Positions 1-11,827 of a DNA stretch of 64,000 nucleotides are shown here, one piece after another. This DNA comes from Minisyncoccota bacterium (lineage in GTDB: Bacteria > Patescibacteriota > Minisyncoccia > Phycocordibacterales > JBAYLF01). Made by a program: the position numbers and the translations under genes. The notes under the pieces were generated by a model. That model made no database searches and was not told the origin of the DNA. It worked only from the letters and a program-made list of their open reading frames with translations. Within the stretch, counting starts at the first letter, position 1; the number at the start of each line of letters is the position of its first letter. The stretch is taken from assembly GCA_041664205.1 (NCBI GenBank), contig JBAYLF010000002.1, positions 29,690 to 93,689 of the forward strand, written 5' to 3'.

Positions 1-1607
1 ACGTTTTTTGTAACGCGTGGATCGTCTGCAGGAAGAACTTCAAAGAAATATATTCCAAAAATACTCGATGTATCAAGAGTATAATCGTAAGTTATTTCTC
101 CGTTGTCACTTATGATCATACTTTTACAAAAAATATTTTTCTTTTCATCATAAAGATATTTTAAAATTGAATCTTTTATATCTTCGGCAACATTGTTGAA
201 TAAATTTTGATCTGATTCCTTACCGAGAATTTGAGCAAAATTTGCAGCTGATTTTAGCGCCGCATAAACCGAAGCACATGTATATGTATGTATGCCAAAT
301 TTTTCTTCCCATAAATCATAACTAGGATTTGGTAGTCCTGTTTTTATATCTCTGAACTGGATCAAAAACATGGCGGAATTTTTTATCAGCGAATTATAAA
401 TCGCTTCAATAAATTCCAAATCTCTTGATACTTGGTAATGCTTCCATAGTGCAACTATAACAATCGCCGTTTCGTCTTCTTGGATTGGAAGCTGCATTTT
501 ATTATTTTTAATCCACGGATGCCATGAACTGCCTAATGATTTGTCCGGTCTATATTTATGCATAAAATATCCGCCGTCAAAAATAGTGCTGTTGCAAAAC
601 TCAAAGTATCTTTTTGAAACACTTGAATCTCCTGCCATATCTAACGCCATTGCTGCGATTGAGGCATCTCTCATCCAAATATATTCGTAAGTATCCTGAT
701 CATTGCGAATAATTTCGCCATCTCCTGATGCTATAATACCACCATCTATATCTGCATGAGCTCTGATGTAAAAAAGTGATTTTTTAAAAAGTGTAACAAC
801 CTCATCAGATAATTTTAAAAATTTAAAATTATATTTTTTTATCCAAGCTTTCCAGAAATCATAAGTAGTTGTTAGTAGATGCTCAGGAGTTCGCTCAAGA
901 ACATAATTATTCAAAGCTACTAATTCTTTAAAAATCTTCGAAACACAAACCCAGTAATAAACAATTTTTAAAGAATGCCCAGGGAGTTTTAATGTAATTC
1001 CTATTACGGAATCAGTTCTTCCGTGTTCGATAGGATTTTTCGATAGTTTTCCATCTTCAGTATCCTTAAAGCTCCCCTCTTTTCCTGCTGCATTAAAAAT
1101 ACCAGTGGTATAATCATCAAATGATTTGTCATCGACTTTTGCATTAATAAGAAAAAGTCGTCGTCCTTTATAATGAATTATTGAATGTGTGTCTGGATTG
1201 AAATATGCAGTATCTCCATGATGTGATTCATATAATTCAAATTCTTGATTCATGAATAATTTTATTTCTCTTTCAATATTTGAATTATTTTTTACTTCAA
1301 TTTTTCTTAAATAAATATTTTTTTCATTATAAACCACGTCTGTAATCAAAACTGAAACTTGTAATTCATCATTTGTGGCTGTAATAACTCCAGAAAGCGC
1401 TTCGTCAGCGCATAAAACTGTTACGTTCCAAGATGGATGATCAAACCATCTCATTTTTCCATCAGCAAAAACCCCAATCCTATGAACAAAAATTCCGCCA
1501 ACATGATTTTCTAGCCCTACATGTGGAAAATAAAAATCACGCACCTGCCCTTTATTATCAAGGCAAACAAGAATATTTCCATTTCCTAAGGCTAAAGATC
1601 TAGACAT
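1..1607 (-). CDS. Glycoside hydrolase family 15 (glucoamylase-like), runs off the window edge
   Basis: Not in the ORF track. Manual translation from ATG at 1607 gives MSRSLALGNGNILVCLDNKGQVRDFYFPHVGLENHVGG, later TYEYIWMRDAS, GSLGSSWHPW and IQEDETA, typical of GH15. Confidence 0.88.
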   Translation of the reverse strand, partial: MSRSLALGNGNILVCLDNKGQVRDFYFPHVGLENHVGGIFVHRIGVFADGKMRWFDHPSWNVTVLCADEALSGVITATNDELQVSVLITDVVYNEKNIYLRKIEVKNNSNIEREIKLFMNQEFELYESHHGDTAYFNPDTHSIIHYKGRRLFLINAKVDDKSFDDYTTGIFNAAGKEGSFKDTEDGKLSKNPIEHGRTDSVIGITLKLPGHSLKIVYYWVCVSKIFKELVALNNYVLERTPEHLLTTTYDFWKAWIKKYNFKFLKLSDEVVTLFKKSLFYIRAHADIDGGIIASGDGEIIRNDQDTYEYIWMRDASIAAMALDMAGDSSVSKRYFEFCNSTIFDGGYFMHKYRPDKSLGSSWHPWIKNNKMQLPIQEDETAIVIVALWKHYQVSRDLEFIEAIYNSLIKNSAMFLIQFRDIKTGLPNPSYDLWEEKFGIHTYTCASVYAALKSAANFAQILGKESDQNLFNNVAEDIKDSILKYLYDEKKNIFCKSMIISDNGEITYDYTLDTSSIFGIYFFEVLPADDPRVTKN

Positions 1608-1610
1608 AAA

Positions 1611-1925
1611 TTATTTCTTTTTTAAAACTTGAACAGCCTTCTTTTTATTTCCAGCTTTTCTTAATAATTTAGCTTTTTCTGGTTCGCATAGAACTATTTC
1701 AACCCATTGCGCAAAATCGTTTTTTTCTGAAGAAACATGATGATTATATTGGTCGTCGTTGATGTTTTCCAGAGCAATCATCAAGTCATCGATGTTTTTT
1801 AATATTGGTCCGTTATTGACCCAAAAAGATCTTTCATCGTCTACAAATACAAGCTCTTTTTTGCCTTTTTTCTCAACTTTTTTTGCAGGCTTATTTTTTA
1901 CGATAATTTTTTTATTTTTTATCAT
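1611..1925 (-). CDS. Small conserved hypothetical protein (DUF5752-like)
   Basis: FWVNNGPILKN...HHV...KNDFAQWV motif; tightly packed between GH57 and GH15. Confidence 0.65.
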   Translation of the reverse strand: MIKNKKIIVKNKPAKKVEKKGKKELVFVDDERSFWVNNGPILKNIDDLMIALENINDDQYNHHVSSEKNDFAQWVEIVLCEPEKAKLLRKAGNKKKAVQVLKKK

Positions 1926-1943
1926 AATGCTATTTTAAATTTA

Positions 1944-3140
1944 TTAATTATTTATTAATCTTAATTTTAAATCATTTAATACATTTATGAAAGTGATGAA
2001 TGCGTCGTATGGAGATTCGTACGGATTGAAATATTTGTGAACATCGCCGTCGTTCCACCATTTTGTGCACATATAATAAAAATGATCAGATGTTTGAAGA
2101 CGTCTCCAGTCCTCAATTATCTTATTATTCCCCGAGCTAAATACTTTGCTTTCAAGCTCATATAATTTTTTAGCAGCATCGCGTTGCATATCATTTTCAA
2201 GCCACGCAGAAAGGTTGCGCTCTACGTCTGCCCAGGAAATATAATGTGGAACATCAAGAGTATCTTTTGGTTCATATCTATCTATCGCTTCACTTACAGT
2301 TACGAAATCGTTATCTTTATTTTTATAAACTTCTTCCGGTAAATGTCTTAAAAAATTAAAAATACCCGTATCTTCCCACTGATGTTCGCCGAAAGTTTCG
2401 TAATCCATAAAAAGATTAATCACTTCACCATTTCCATTTACATCATTTACCCAATTTGAAAATTTTTCTGCGGTTAGTGGATATTCAGACCAATCTTTAG
2501 AAGAAAATCGAAATGCGATATCGTCTGAAAGTCGATAATTTTTTAACAGTAGTTTTATTTTTTCCGTGCCTTCTGGTTTATAAATGAAATTTGAATTGCG
2601 CCACCCAAGTATTCTATCAACACCTTCGGCGAGAATTCCTTTGAAACCCATTTCTTCAACCTCTTTTACAACATCATTATTGTAGATAAGCTCTGTATTT
2701 CTAAAAACAGAAGGTGTTACTCCAAACACTTGGTTTATCTTATCTTTATGTAGTAAAACCTGTTCTTTAAATTCTTTTTTAGAATATAAAAAAGACAAGG
2801 TGTGATAATAAGTTTCTGATAAAAGTTCTACATTCCCGGTATCAACAAGTCTTTTGAAAGAATCTAAAGTTTCTGGAGCATATTTTTCTAATTGTTCTAT
2901 GAAAACTCCAGAAAGAGAAAAACTCACCTTAAATTCTGGGTGTTTTTTTATTAGATCAAGAAGCACTTGGTTTGTGGGTAAATAACACTTTTTTGAAACC
3001 TTCTCAATTATAAATTTATTATTTAGATTAGACTTTGATTCTTCGTCAAAATAGTTTGAATCTTTTCCAATGTCAAAAATCCCATAACGGCGTAGCCGCA
3101 TCGGTTGATGAACCTGAAAATAAAAACAAACTGATGACAT
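1944..3140 (-). CDS. Glycoside hydrolase family 57 (alpha-amylase-like)
   Basis: FQVHQP, ETYYH, FRNTELIY, FMDYETFGEH and SWAD motifs. Confidence 0.93.
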   Translation of the reverse strand: MSSVCFYFQVHQPMRLRRYGIFDIGKDSNYFDEESKSNLNNKFIIEKVSKKCYLPTNQVLLDLIKKHPEFKVSFSLSGVFIEQLEKYAPETLDSFKRLVDTGNVELLSETYYHTLSFLYSKKEFKEQVLLHKDKINQVFGVTPSVFRNTELIYNNDVVKEVEEMGFKGILAEGVDRILGWRNSNFIYKPEGTEKIKLLLKNYRLSDDIAFRFSSKDWSEYPLTAEKFSNWVNDVNGNGEVINLFMDYETFGEHQWEDTGIFNFLRHLPEEVYKNKDNDFVTVSEAIDRYEPKDTLDVPHYISWADVERNLSAWLENDMQRDAAKKLYELESKVFSSGNNKIIEDWRRLQTSDHFYYMCTKWWNDGDVHKYFNPYESPYDAFITFINVLNDLKLRLINN

Positions 3141-3145
3141 AATTA

Positions 3146-4405
3146 TTATTTATCTTTCTTTTTTAAAAAAAATTTGAACTGGCCTAGTATTTTTTTGTAT
3201 ATTTCTACGCATTTTTGAGCCGCGTTTTTCCATGATATCGTTTTAACTTCATTCAACGAGTTACTTTTTAGTGTGGATGATAAGGATTCATTTTTTAGCA
3301 CAGATACAATTTTATTAGTTAACTCGTCTGTATCCCAAAAATCAACTTTTAAAGCATGATTTACAACTTCAGATACTCCTGACTGTTTGGAAACGATAAC
3401 AGGCGTGCCGTGTTGCATTGCTTCTAATGCTGTTAATCCAAAAGGTTCAGAAACAGAAGGCATAATAAAAAGATCTGCATTTTTATACAAACTGTTTAAT
3501 TCTTCATCACGTAAAAAACCTGAAAAAAGAACTCGATCCGAAATGCCGAGTTGCGCCGTCTGTCTAATGATCTGATTTTGCATATCACCGCTTCCAGCAA
3601 CGATAAAAAATGTGTTCGGGCAAAATTCAAGCACTTTTTTAGCAGATTTTAAGAAGTAGTCTGGACCTTTTTGAATAGTAATACGTCCTACAAAAATAAC
3701 AATCTTGCCTCCGTTGGTTTTTATTATTCTGAAAAAATCACTTTTATTTTGATCTTTCTGAGTTTCTTCTTTGTTTTCTATGCCGTTATGCACGACTTGG
3801 ATTTTTTCGGGTGGTATTCCATATTTTGATATTATTACATCCTTTGTAAAATTACTTACGGCAATTATTGCGTCTGCATACTCCATACCTTGCTTTTCAA
3901 GTAAGTAGATCTCATTATTTATACCTGTTCCTCCCGTTCGATCGAATTCTGTCGAGTGAATATGAACTATTAAGGGCTTACCTGAAATTTTCTTTGCTTC
4001 GATTCCCGCTCCAAAAGAAAGCCAATCATGAGCGTGAATAATGTTGAAGTTTTCTTCTTTTGCTATTTCCCTAGCTCTTAATGCATAAAGTTTAACGGCG
4101 TCTATTAAATCCATTCCATAATCGCCAAAATTACCTCTTTTTTTTAAAAAATCATCTTCTGTTAAATATGGCGAGATAAGCGAGTCGATGATTTTGTAAT
4201 TAACTAGATGTGAATCGGCAAAATGCAACTTTACCGGAGAATTCTTAATGTCGATTTTTTTAGGAAGAACAAAGATGATTTCAGCATTTTCTCCAACTAT
4301 AGCCTTTGTAAGTCCTAAACATGCAACACCTAAACCCCCACTATTAAATGGAGGAAATTCCCAACCGAACATTAAAACTCTGATTCTTTCATCCCCAGAA
4401 CCCAT
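3146..4405 (-). CDS. GT4 glycosyltransferase (glycogen synthase-like)
   Basis: GWEFPP..SGGLG, HAHDW and PSVSEPFGLTALEA motifs. Confidence 0.92.
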   Translation of the reverse strand: MGSGDERIRVLMFGWEFPPFNSGGLGVACLGLTKAIVGENAEIIFVLPKKIDIKNSPVKLHFADSHLVNYKIIDSLISPYLTEDDFLKKRGNFGDYGMDLIDAVKLYALRAREIAKEENFNIIHAHDWLSFGAGIEAKKISGKPLIVHIHSTEFDRTGGTGINNEIYLLEKQGMEYADAIIAVSNFTKDVIISKYGIPPEKIQVVHNGIENKEETQKDQNKSDFFRIIKTNGGKIVIFVGRITIQKGPDYFLKSAKKVLEFCPNTFFIVAGSGDMQNQIIRQTAQLGISDRVLFSGFLRDEELNSLYKNADLFIMPSVSEPFGLTALEAMQHGTPVIVSKQSGVSEVVNHALKVDFWDTDELTNKIVSVLKNESLSSTLKSNSLNEVKTISWKNAAQKCVEIYKKILGQFKFFLKKKDK

Positions 4406-4442
4406 TACTTTGAATTATTATTTATTTTTTATTAATTAAAAT

Positions 4443-4928
4443 TTATTTTAGCGAATTTAACTCATTCTCCATCCTACGTATTTCTTGTTCTTTTTTTGAA
4501 ACAGATTCTTTTAATCTAGCAACCTCATCCTTTTTGTTTTTTGTAGCCGGTTCCTCAATGTTTAAATGTCTCTTTTTTTTATCAAAATTCATTTTCTTTA
4601 TATCAAGTTCGCTTTTCATTTTTTCAAGATCCATTTTTGCTTTTTGGAATTTGTTTTCCATACGTTTTACCTCTCTTTCTAAAGTATCAGTTTCAGATTT
4701 AGATCGATGCCCATCATGTTCTTCAATTTGAATTTCATATTCAAGTTGAGCAATATTTCTTTTAACAAGTTCAATATCATCTTTCTTGAATCTAATTTCT
4801 GAAGAAAGCTGATTCTTTTTTTGTTTTTTACTCTGTTCTATGATAATCGAGTCTGCTTTTCTCTTTGTTTCTACAGCTTCATCATCAAAATTGTTATCTT
4901 TTTTTGAACCGTTTAAACTATTAATCAT
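4443..4928 (-). CDS. Hypothetical coiled-coil protein
   Basis: Highly charged heptad-like ORF overlapping the upstream gene's stop. Confidence 0.65.
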   Translation of the reverse strand: MINSLNGSKKDNNFDDEAVETKRKADSIIIEQSKKQKKNQLSSEIRFKKDDIELVKRNIAQLEYEIQIEEHDGHRSKSETDTLEREVKRMENKFQKAKMDLEKMKSELDIKKMNFDKKKRHLNIEEPATKNKKDEVARLKESVSKKEQEIRRMENELNSLK

Positions 4929-5397
4929 TATTTTCTTTTCTAGGGTTAAAATTTGATTTTAATAACATTTCAATTTTCCAAAGAAATGTAAAGCTTAGAA
5001 ATGTAAGAATTGCCGTAAAAGTAGCAATTTCGTAAAAACCGAAGCCGATAGCTATTCCTATACCACAAGCAACCCATAAACCCGCTGCAGTAGTAAGTCC
5101 GCTTATTTTTGGTTCATTTTCGCGAAAGAAAATAATACCTGCACCTAAAAATCCAATTCCTGTAATAATTCCTGCTGGAACTCGCATAGGATCGAAACTT
5201 GCAATATCAATAAAAGATAAACTAACTAAGTTTGAAACAACAATGAATAAGCAAGAACCCATTGCTACTAAGCCATAAGTTCTCATTCCTGCTGTTTTGC
5301 CAGCAAAAGTTCTCTCGATTCCTAATATGGAACCAAGCAAAAGTGCGACAAAAATTCTAAAAAATGATACTAAAAACAAAGAGAAAGATATCACCAT
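4921..5397 (-). CDS. MgtC/SapB family membrane protein
   Basis: GIER...AGMRT, DPMRVPAGIITGIGFLGAG and GLTTAAGLW motifs. Confidence 0.92.
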   Translation of the reverse strand: MVISFSLFLVSFFRIFVALLLGSILGIERTFAGKTAGMRTYGLVAMGSCLFIVVSNLVSLSFIDIASFDPMRVPAGIITGIGFLGAGIIFFRENEPKISGLTTAAGLWVACGIGIAIGFGFYEIATFTAILTFLSFTFLWKIEMLLKSNFNPRKENND

Positions 5398-5495
5398 AAT
5401 TTTTTTTTAAATTGGTATGTATATATTATATATACGTTATCAAATTAAACAAAGGTCTTTTTTCTGATATCTTTACGAGATTTTTTATTATTTTT

Positions 5496-6221
5496 TTATC
5501 TAATATCTTTATATTCTTTTGTAACAGGACGATGAATAAATACTTGCGAAAAGAAATTTATAACATATAAATAAACAGTTTTAAAGAAACCATCCTTAAC
5601 GAGTCTTCTTGCAGAACTGTATATTAAGAAATTATATTTGAACTTAACTTTACCAAATTTACTGGCGCGTCTAGCGATGTCGGTATCATCACCATAAAAT
5701 GATATGGAGGTATTAATACCGCCCATTTTTTTAAGCGTTACTCTTCTTATTGCAAGATTTCCTCCAATTGCCATATATCCGACTATAAAATATATAGGCA
5801 TAGCAAGAATCCAGTAAGTATTCACAAATGTTTTTTTCCATCTAGGTATATCGTAGTAGCTGTATGGACCACTTAAACAGACGATTTTTGGATTTTTAAA
5901 TTCGCATAAAATTATATCAGGCCAATTTTCTGTCATAAGCGTGTCTGCATCTATAAATGCAATTATGTCACCTGAAGCTTCTCTAAAACCTCTTTCTCTT
6001 GCCCAAGCGTTTCCCTTTCGTTCTTCTTTTATAACTCTTATACCCTGTTTAGAGATTGCTATTTCAGAAGTTTTATCAGTGCTTGCATTATCTACAACGA
6101 TAATCTCATTGATTTTTCCTTTTGAATTTCTTATAGCACAATCCAAACATTCACCTATGTATTTTTCTTCATTATAGGCCGGAATTACCAAACTTATTTT
6201 TAGTTCATTGTTTTTTTGCAT
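5496..6221 (-). CDS. GT2 glycosyltransferase
   Basis: VIPAYNEE, DNASTD and FIDAD motifs. Confidence 0.92.
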   Translation of the reverse strand: MQKNNELKISLVIPAYNEEKYIGECLDCAIRNSKGKINEIIVVDNASTDKTSEIAISKQGIRVIKEERKGNAWARERGFREASGDIIAFIDADTLMTENWPDIILCEFKNPKIVCLSGPYSYYDIPRWKKTFVNTYWILAMPIYFIVGYMAIGGNLAIRRVTLKKMGGINTSISFYGDDTDIARRASKFGKVKFKYNFLIYSSARRLVKDGFFKTVYLYVINFFSQVFIHRPVTKEYKDIR

Positions 6222-6234
6222 AATATTTTTTAAT

Positions 6235-6954
6235 CTAACGAATTTCCTCCCAAACTTTGCTTGAAGATTTTTTTAAAAAAATTGTTGAAATTGAATTTAT
6301 TGTCCATAAACTCAAGAGTTTTGCCCAGCCAATTTTATGTGCGCGGCGACCAGTATGATAAATAGTTAAATCTGATACAAATTTTGTTTTTCCGATTTTT
6401 GCTAAACGTCTAAAAAGATCGTGATCTTCACCTGTAACTAAATTTTCATCAAAACCTTTAACTTTTTTAAATTCATCATTTTTTATCATTTGAAATTCTC
6501 CTGATGCTCCACCAATATGTAAAATATTATTAAGAATAAAATAAAGTGAATTTAAGCATCGAAAAATAACTTTATCGGATAATTTTTCAAATTCAGGTAA
6601 AACTTTTATAGAAACTGTGAGAGCTACGATGTTTTTGTCTTTTTCGAATATATTCAGAGCTTTTTTAAAAAAACTATTTGAATCATATATAAAACAGTCT
6701 GCGTCTATAAAGGCAAGATAATCACCTTCTGCTATTTTTGCACCGTTATTTCTTCCACCTGCAATTGTTTGCTTCTCTTTTTCTTCATGTTTGCTAATTT
6801 TACAGTTATATTTTTTTGCAATTTCAAGAGTTTTATCTAAACTTCCACCATCAGATATTATAATTTCATGCTTGTCATTTAAGATACTAATACAGCTTAT
6901 TGTTTTTTCTATTATCTTCTCCTCATTTAAAGTTGGAATAATAAAAGAAATCAT
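6235..6954 (-). CDS. GT2 glycosyltransferase
   Basis: IIPTLNEE, DGGSLD, FIDAD and GEDHD motifs. Confidence 0.92.
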   Translation of the reverse strand: MISFIIPTLNEEKIIEKTISCISILNDKHEIIISDGGSLDKTLEIAKKYNCKISKHEEKEKQTIAGGRNNGAKIAEGDYLAFIDADCFIYDSNSFFKKALNIFEKDKNIVALTVSIKVLPEFEKLSDKVIFRCLNSLYFILNNILHIGGASGEFQMIKNDEFKKVKGFDENLVTGEDHDLFRRLAKIGKTKFVSDLTIYHTGRRAHKIGWAKLLSLWTINSISTIFLKKSSSKVWEEIR

Positions 6955-7553
6955 ATTTTTAACATTTTTGATCTTATGTAATTAGAGTATCCATAAGCTA
7001 ATATGAGTAAGAATAGCCCGACACCAGCAATTAAAGCAATATTGAAACCATTAGAAATATTGCTATAAAAATGTCCAAAAAAGTAACCGATTGACATAAG
7101 CATTGCTACTAAGAAAATTTCTCCGATAGCGTTAATTATTACAAAAAATCGAATAGGAATTTTAGTAACGCCAGCCGCAACCAATGTAGCTAATGCAAAA
7201 CCAAAACCTATTGATATTTTAGATATCAATAAAACTGGTGCCCGATGTCTTCTTAAGCGATCTTTTGTTTTTTCAAATAATTCTGGAGTTACGCCAAAAA
7301 AAGTTCCGTGCTTTCGCAAAATAGGTTCAGCAAAAAAATAACCTATATAATACCAACCTATGTCTGCTACAATATCCCCTAAGACTAATGCAATATATAG
7401 AGGTATAAGACTAAAAACTCCAAGCTTTAGAAAAAAACCTGTTGCTACCATCAGTATCGGACCTTCTATAATGGCGCCTAAAAAAATAAATATATATTTA
7501 TATTGTTCGGCAAAGGCTAAAGAGTATGAAATAAATGCTGGAAAATTTTCCAT
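6951..7553 (-). CDS. DedA/VTT family membrane protein
   Basis: Multi-TM; IIEGP...GDIVAD..WYYIG DedA-like pattern. Confidence 0.85.
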   Translation of the reverse strand: MENFPAFISYSLAFAEQYKYIFIFLGAIIEGPILMVATGFFLKLGVFSLIPLYIALVLGDIVADIGWYYIGYFFAEPILRKHGTFFGVTPELFEKTKDRLRRHRAPVLLISKISIGFGFALATLVAAGVTKIPIRFFVIINAIGEIFLVAMLMSIGYFFGHFYSNISNGFNIALIAGVGLFLLILAYGYSNYIRSKMLKI

Positions 7554-7714
7554 GTAATTTTAATTACCAGACTTCTTTAATTTGAAAAGGTCTTTATATT
7601 TTACTATATATAGAAGATTAAGTAAAAACCATTATTTGATAGCGTTTATTTTAATTTAGTAAGCATCTAATATATAATTATATGGATTGTTAGCAATAGA
7701 TATTAAAAACAAAA

Positions 7715-8866
7715 ATGAGAATTTTAATAATTACAACTGATCTGAATGTGCTTGAAGAAGGAAGTGAAAAGCAAAAACAGATACTTAAGTATGGGACGAT
7801 GCTTGAAATATTGCATGTTATTGTTTTTACAAAAAAGAAAAGTGATTATTCTGTTAAAAAAATTGCCGATAATATTTGGATATATCCCACAAATTCACTT
7901 ACTCCAATAAATTTTATTGGAGATTCTATCGATATTGCTCGAATAAATGCTGTTTGGAAAAATAGAGTTCAAATCGATGTTGTTATAGGAGAAGACCCTT
8001 TTGAAGCAGGCTTTGCTGCTTGGCAGATAGCTAGAAAGTCAGGAAGACCCCTTCTTCTTCAGGTATTTACAGATTTTTTCACACCAAAATTTTATAAGAA
8101 GGATTTTTTAAACAAGATTCGTTTTTGGTTTGCTAAATTTATTCTTTCAAAAGCAGATTGCGTCGCTGTTTTTTCGGAAAGCATGAAAGAAAAAATAATA
8201 TTGAATAAAATTAATTTAAAAAACAAAATAGAAATATTTCCCTCTTATACAGATATGGACTCTATCAATAAAGGACCTTCAAATTTTGATATTCATAAAA
8301 AATATCCTCAATTTAATTTTATTTTGATTATTAATCCCCATTCTTATTTAAAAGAGGAATTAGAATTTACTATAAAAATTCTAAAAGAAGTAGTAAAAAA
8401 ACATCCTCGCGTAGGAGCTATTTTTATTGGCGATAATGAAAAATTTAATATTATAGAAAAAATGTTAGTTGAAAACCAACTATTAATGAACGTTTTTATT
8501 GAAACAAATCCCGTCGATGTGATTCCCTACTATAAAACAGCGAATGCGTTTTTTATACCCTTTACTCACGAAGAATCTGAGTCATCTCTTATAGAGGCTG
8601 TAGCATGTGGATGTCCTATAGTTTGTTGCGATTCGGCAATAACAAGCAAATATGTTGAAGATAATGTAAATGGGTTTGTTTGTAATAAAGATGATGATGA
8701 CTGTTTCAAAAAATCTATTATCAATCTTTTGGGTAATAATATGTTTAGAACACAAATAAGAGTTAACGCTACTGGTTTTGTTGAAGAATATATAAGTAAA
8801 AAGAAAGAAGAGTATTTACAAGAAATAGGAAATTTGTGGGAAAAGTGTAGATTGATGAGAAAATAA
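7715..8866 (+). CDS. GT4 (GT-B fold) glycosyltransferase
   Basis: C-terminal YYKTANAFFIP...LIEAVACGCPIV...DNVNGF. Confidence 0.85.
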   Translation: MRILIITTDLNVLEEGSEKQKQILKYGTMLEILHVIVFTKKKSDYSVKKIADNIWIYPTNSLTPINFIGDSIDIARINAVWKNRVQIDVVIGEDPFEAGFAAWQIARKSGRPLLLQVFTDFFTPKFYKKDFLNKIRFWFAKFILSKADCVAVFSESMKEKIILNKINLKNKIEIFPSYTDMDSINKGPSNFDIHKKYPQFNFILIINPHSYLKEELEFTIKILKEVVKKHPRVGAIFIGDNEKFNIIEKMLVENQLLMNVFIETNPVDVIPYYKTANAFFIPFTHEESESSLIEAVACGCPIVCCDSAITSKYVEDNVNGFVCNKDDDDCFKKSIINLLGNNMFRTQIRVNATGFVEEYISKKKEEYLQEIGNLWEKCRLMRK

Positions 8867-8878
8867 AAATATAAAAAA

Positions 8879-8909
8879 CTCCGCACCTGCAATAAATGCA
8901 AATGCGGAG
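8879..8909. terminator. Intrinsic terminator hairpin between convergent genes
   Basis: CTCCGCA...TGCGGAG stem with A-rich and T-rich flanks. Confidence 0.55.
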
Positions 8910-9023
8910 AACTTTTATAAAGTATTTACCACAAAAGTGGACCAACGCTACTATTTAGTGATTTATCTATTTTCATATTCCGCCGATCAGTATATCAAAA
9001 TAGCCTAAATTGTAAAGAAAATT

Positions 9024-9473
9024 TTACTTTAGCTGTTCTATATTTTTCAATTTTCTCCATCTTTTTGCCGCTTTTTCTCTTGCTAGTTGTTTTTCTATCT
9101 TTGCGTAAGCATCAGTGAAGTGTTCTCTGTCAGTGTGAACAGCTTCTTCTTTTATTTTTTCGGCAGTTTTTCTAGCTTCTTCGGCTTTACTGATATCGAT
9201 CTCATGGGCACGTTCTGCGGTATCCGCCAAAATTGAAATTTTATTATTTAATACCTCAAGAAAACCTCCGGAAACGCTAAGTATCTCAATGTCGCCTTTG
9301 CTCGTTTTTATTTCGATTACACCCGGGATTAAACTTGTAACCAAAGGAATATGCTCTGGAAGAATCGTAACTTCTCCCTCTTTGGTTGGTATTGTTGCTT
9401 GAGTTATTTCTGCTTCAAAAACTTTTCGTTCTGGAGAAACAATTTCAAATTTTATAAATTTTTTATCTGCCAT
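9024..9473 (-). CDS. atpC: F1 ATP synthase epsilon subunit
   Basis: EIVSPER, ILPEHIPL and VSGGFLEV motifs; last gene of the operon. Confidence 0.95.
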   Translation of the reverse strand: MADKKFIKFEIVSPERKVFEAEITQATIPTKEGEVTILPEHIPLVTSLIPGVIEIKTSKGDIEILSVSGGFLEVLNNKISILADTAERAHEIDISKAEEARKTAEKIKEEAVHTDREHFTDAYAKIEKQLAREKAAKRWRKLKNIEQLK

Positions 9474-9481
9474 AGTTTTAA

Positions 9482-10900
<1,419 letters not shown>

Positions 10901-11824
10901 TTATTTTAATGCATTGGCGCCGGCTGAAATTTCTGCTATTTCGGAAGTAATGCCTGACTGTCTGGCTTTGTTATAAAAGAGTCTGAGCTCATCAACCAAT
11001 TCTCCTGCCGCATCTGTCGCCTGTTTCATTGCCGTCATTCTGCTTGAATGTTCAGATGCATTTGATTCCAGAAGCGCTTGATATAACTGCATCTTGATAA
11101 TTCTAGGGAGCATCGTATTTAAAATTTCGTATGGATTTGGTTCAAAAAGATATTCTATTTTTTCTGAATTTGCATCATGCGAACTTTCTTTTTTTATGGA
11201 ACCTAAAAATTCTTCGTGATCTTTTATATCTATCGGTAAAAGTTGTTTTACTCGGGGTATCTGTTTTGCAACACTTACGAAGTCATTATAAGCCACAAAA
11301 ACTTTATCATATCTATTAGATAGAAAATCCATGATCGCAAGTTCTGCTATTGGCGACACCTCGTCTATTCCTTCGGCTAGATCTAATTTAGAAAATTGCG
11401 CAACAATATCATAACCATAACGTTGATAGATTGCTTTGCCTTTATTACCCAAAACTATGAATTCATATTTTATATCTTGAGTTTTGTCTTTACTGATACC
11501 TCTTTTTGTAAATTCTATGACTTTATTAAAAAGAGACGCGTTGAAACCTCCACATAATCCTCGGTTTGAAGTTATTAAAACTATTCCTATCGTCTTTACC
11601 TCATTCTTCTTTTTTAAAAGAGGATGAAGAATTTCTGATCCAGAATTTACTTTCGATAGATTTTGTAAAATTTTCCAGCTTAGATCAGAGTAGGCTCTTG
11701 TTTTCAAAACAGATTCAATAGCCTTTCTCATTTTTGAGGCTGAGACCATTTCCATAGCTTTAGTAATTTTTTTTGTGCTTCCTACGGATTTTATTCTGCT
11801 TTGTATATCTCTGACTTTTGCCAT
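10901..11824 (-). CDS. atpG: F1 ATP synthase gamma subunit
   Basis: KITKAMEMV, RGLCGGFN and RQSGITSEI motifs. Confidence 0.98.
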   Translation of the reverse strand: MAKVRDIQSRIKSVGSTKKITKAMEMVSASKMRKAIESVLKTRAYSDLSWKILQNLSKVNSGSEILHPLLKKKNEVKTIGIVLITSNRGLCGGFNASLFNKVIEFTKRGISKDKTQDIKYEFIVLGNKGKAIYQRYGYDIVAQFSKLDLAEGIDEVSPIAELAIMDFLSNRYDKVFVAYNDFVSVAKQIPRVKQLLPIDIKDHEEFLGSIKKESSHDANSEKIEYLFEPNPYEILNTMLPRIIKMQLYQALLESNASEHSSRMTAMKQATDAAGELVDELRLFYNKARQSGITSEIAEISAGANALK

Positions 11825-11827
11825 ATA

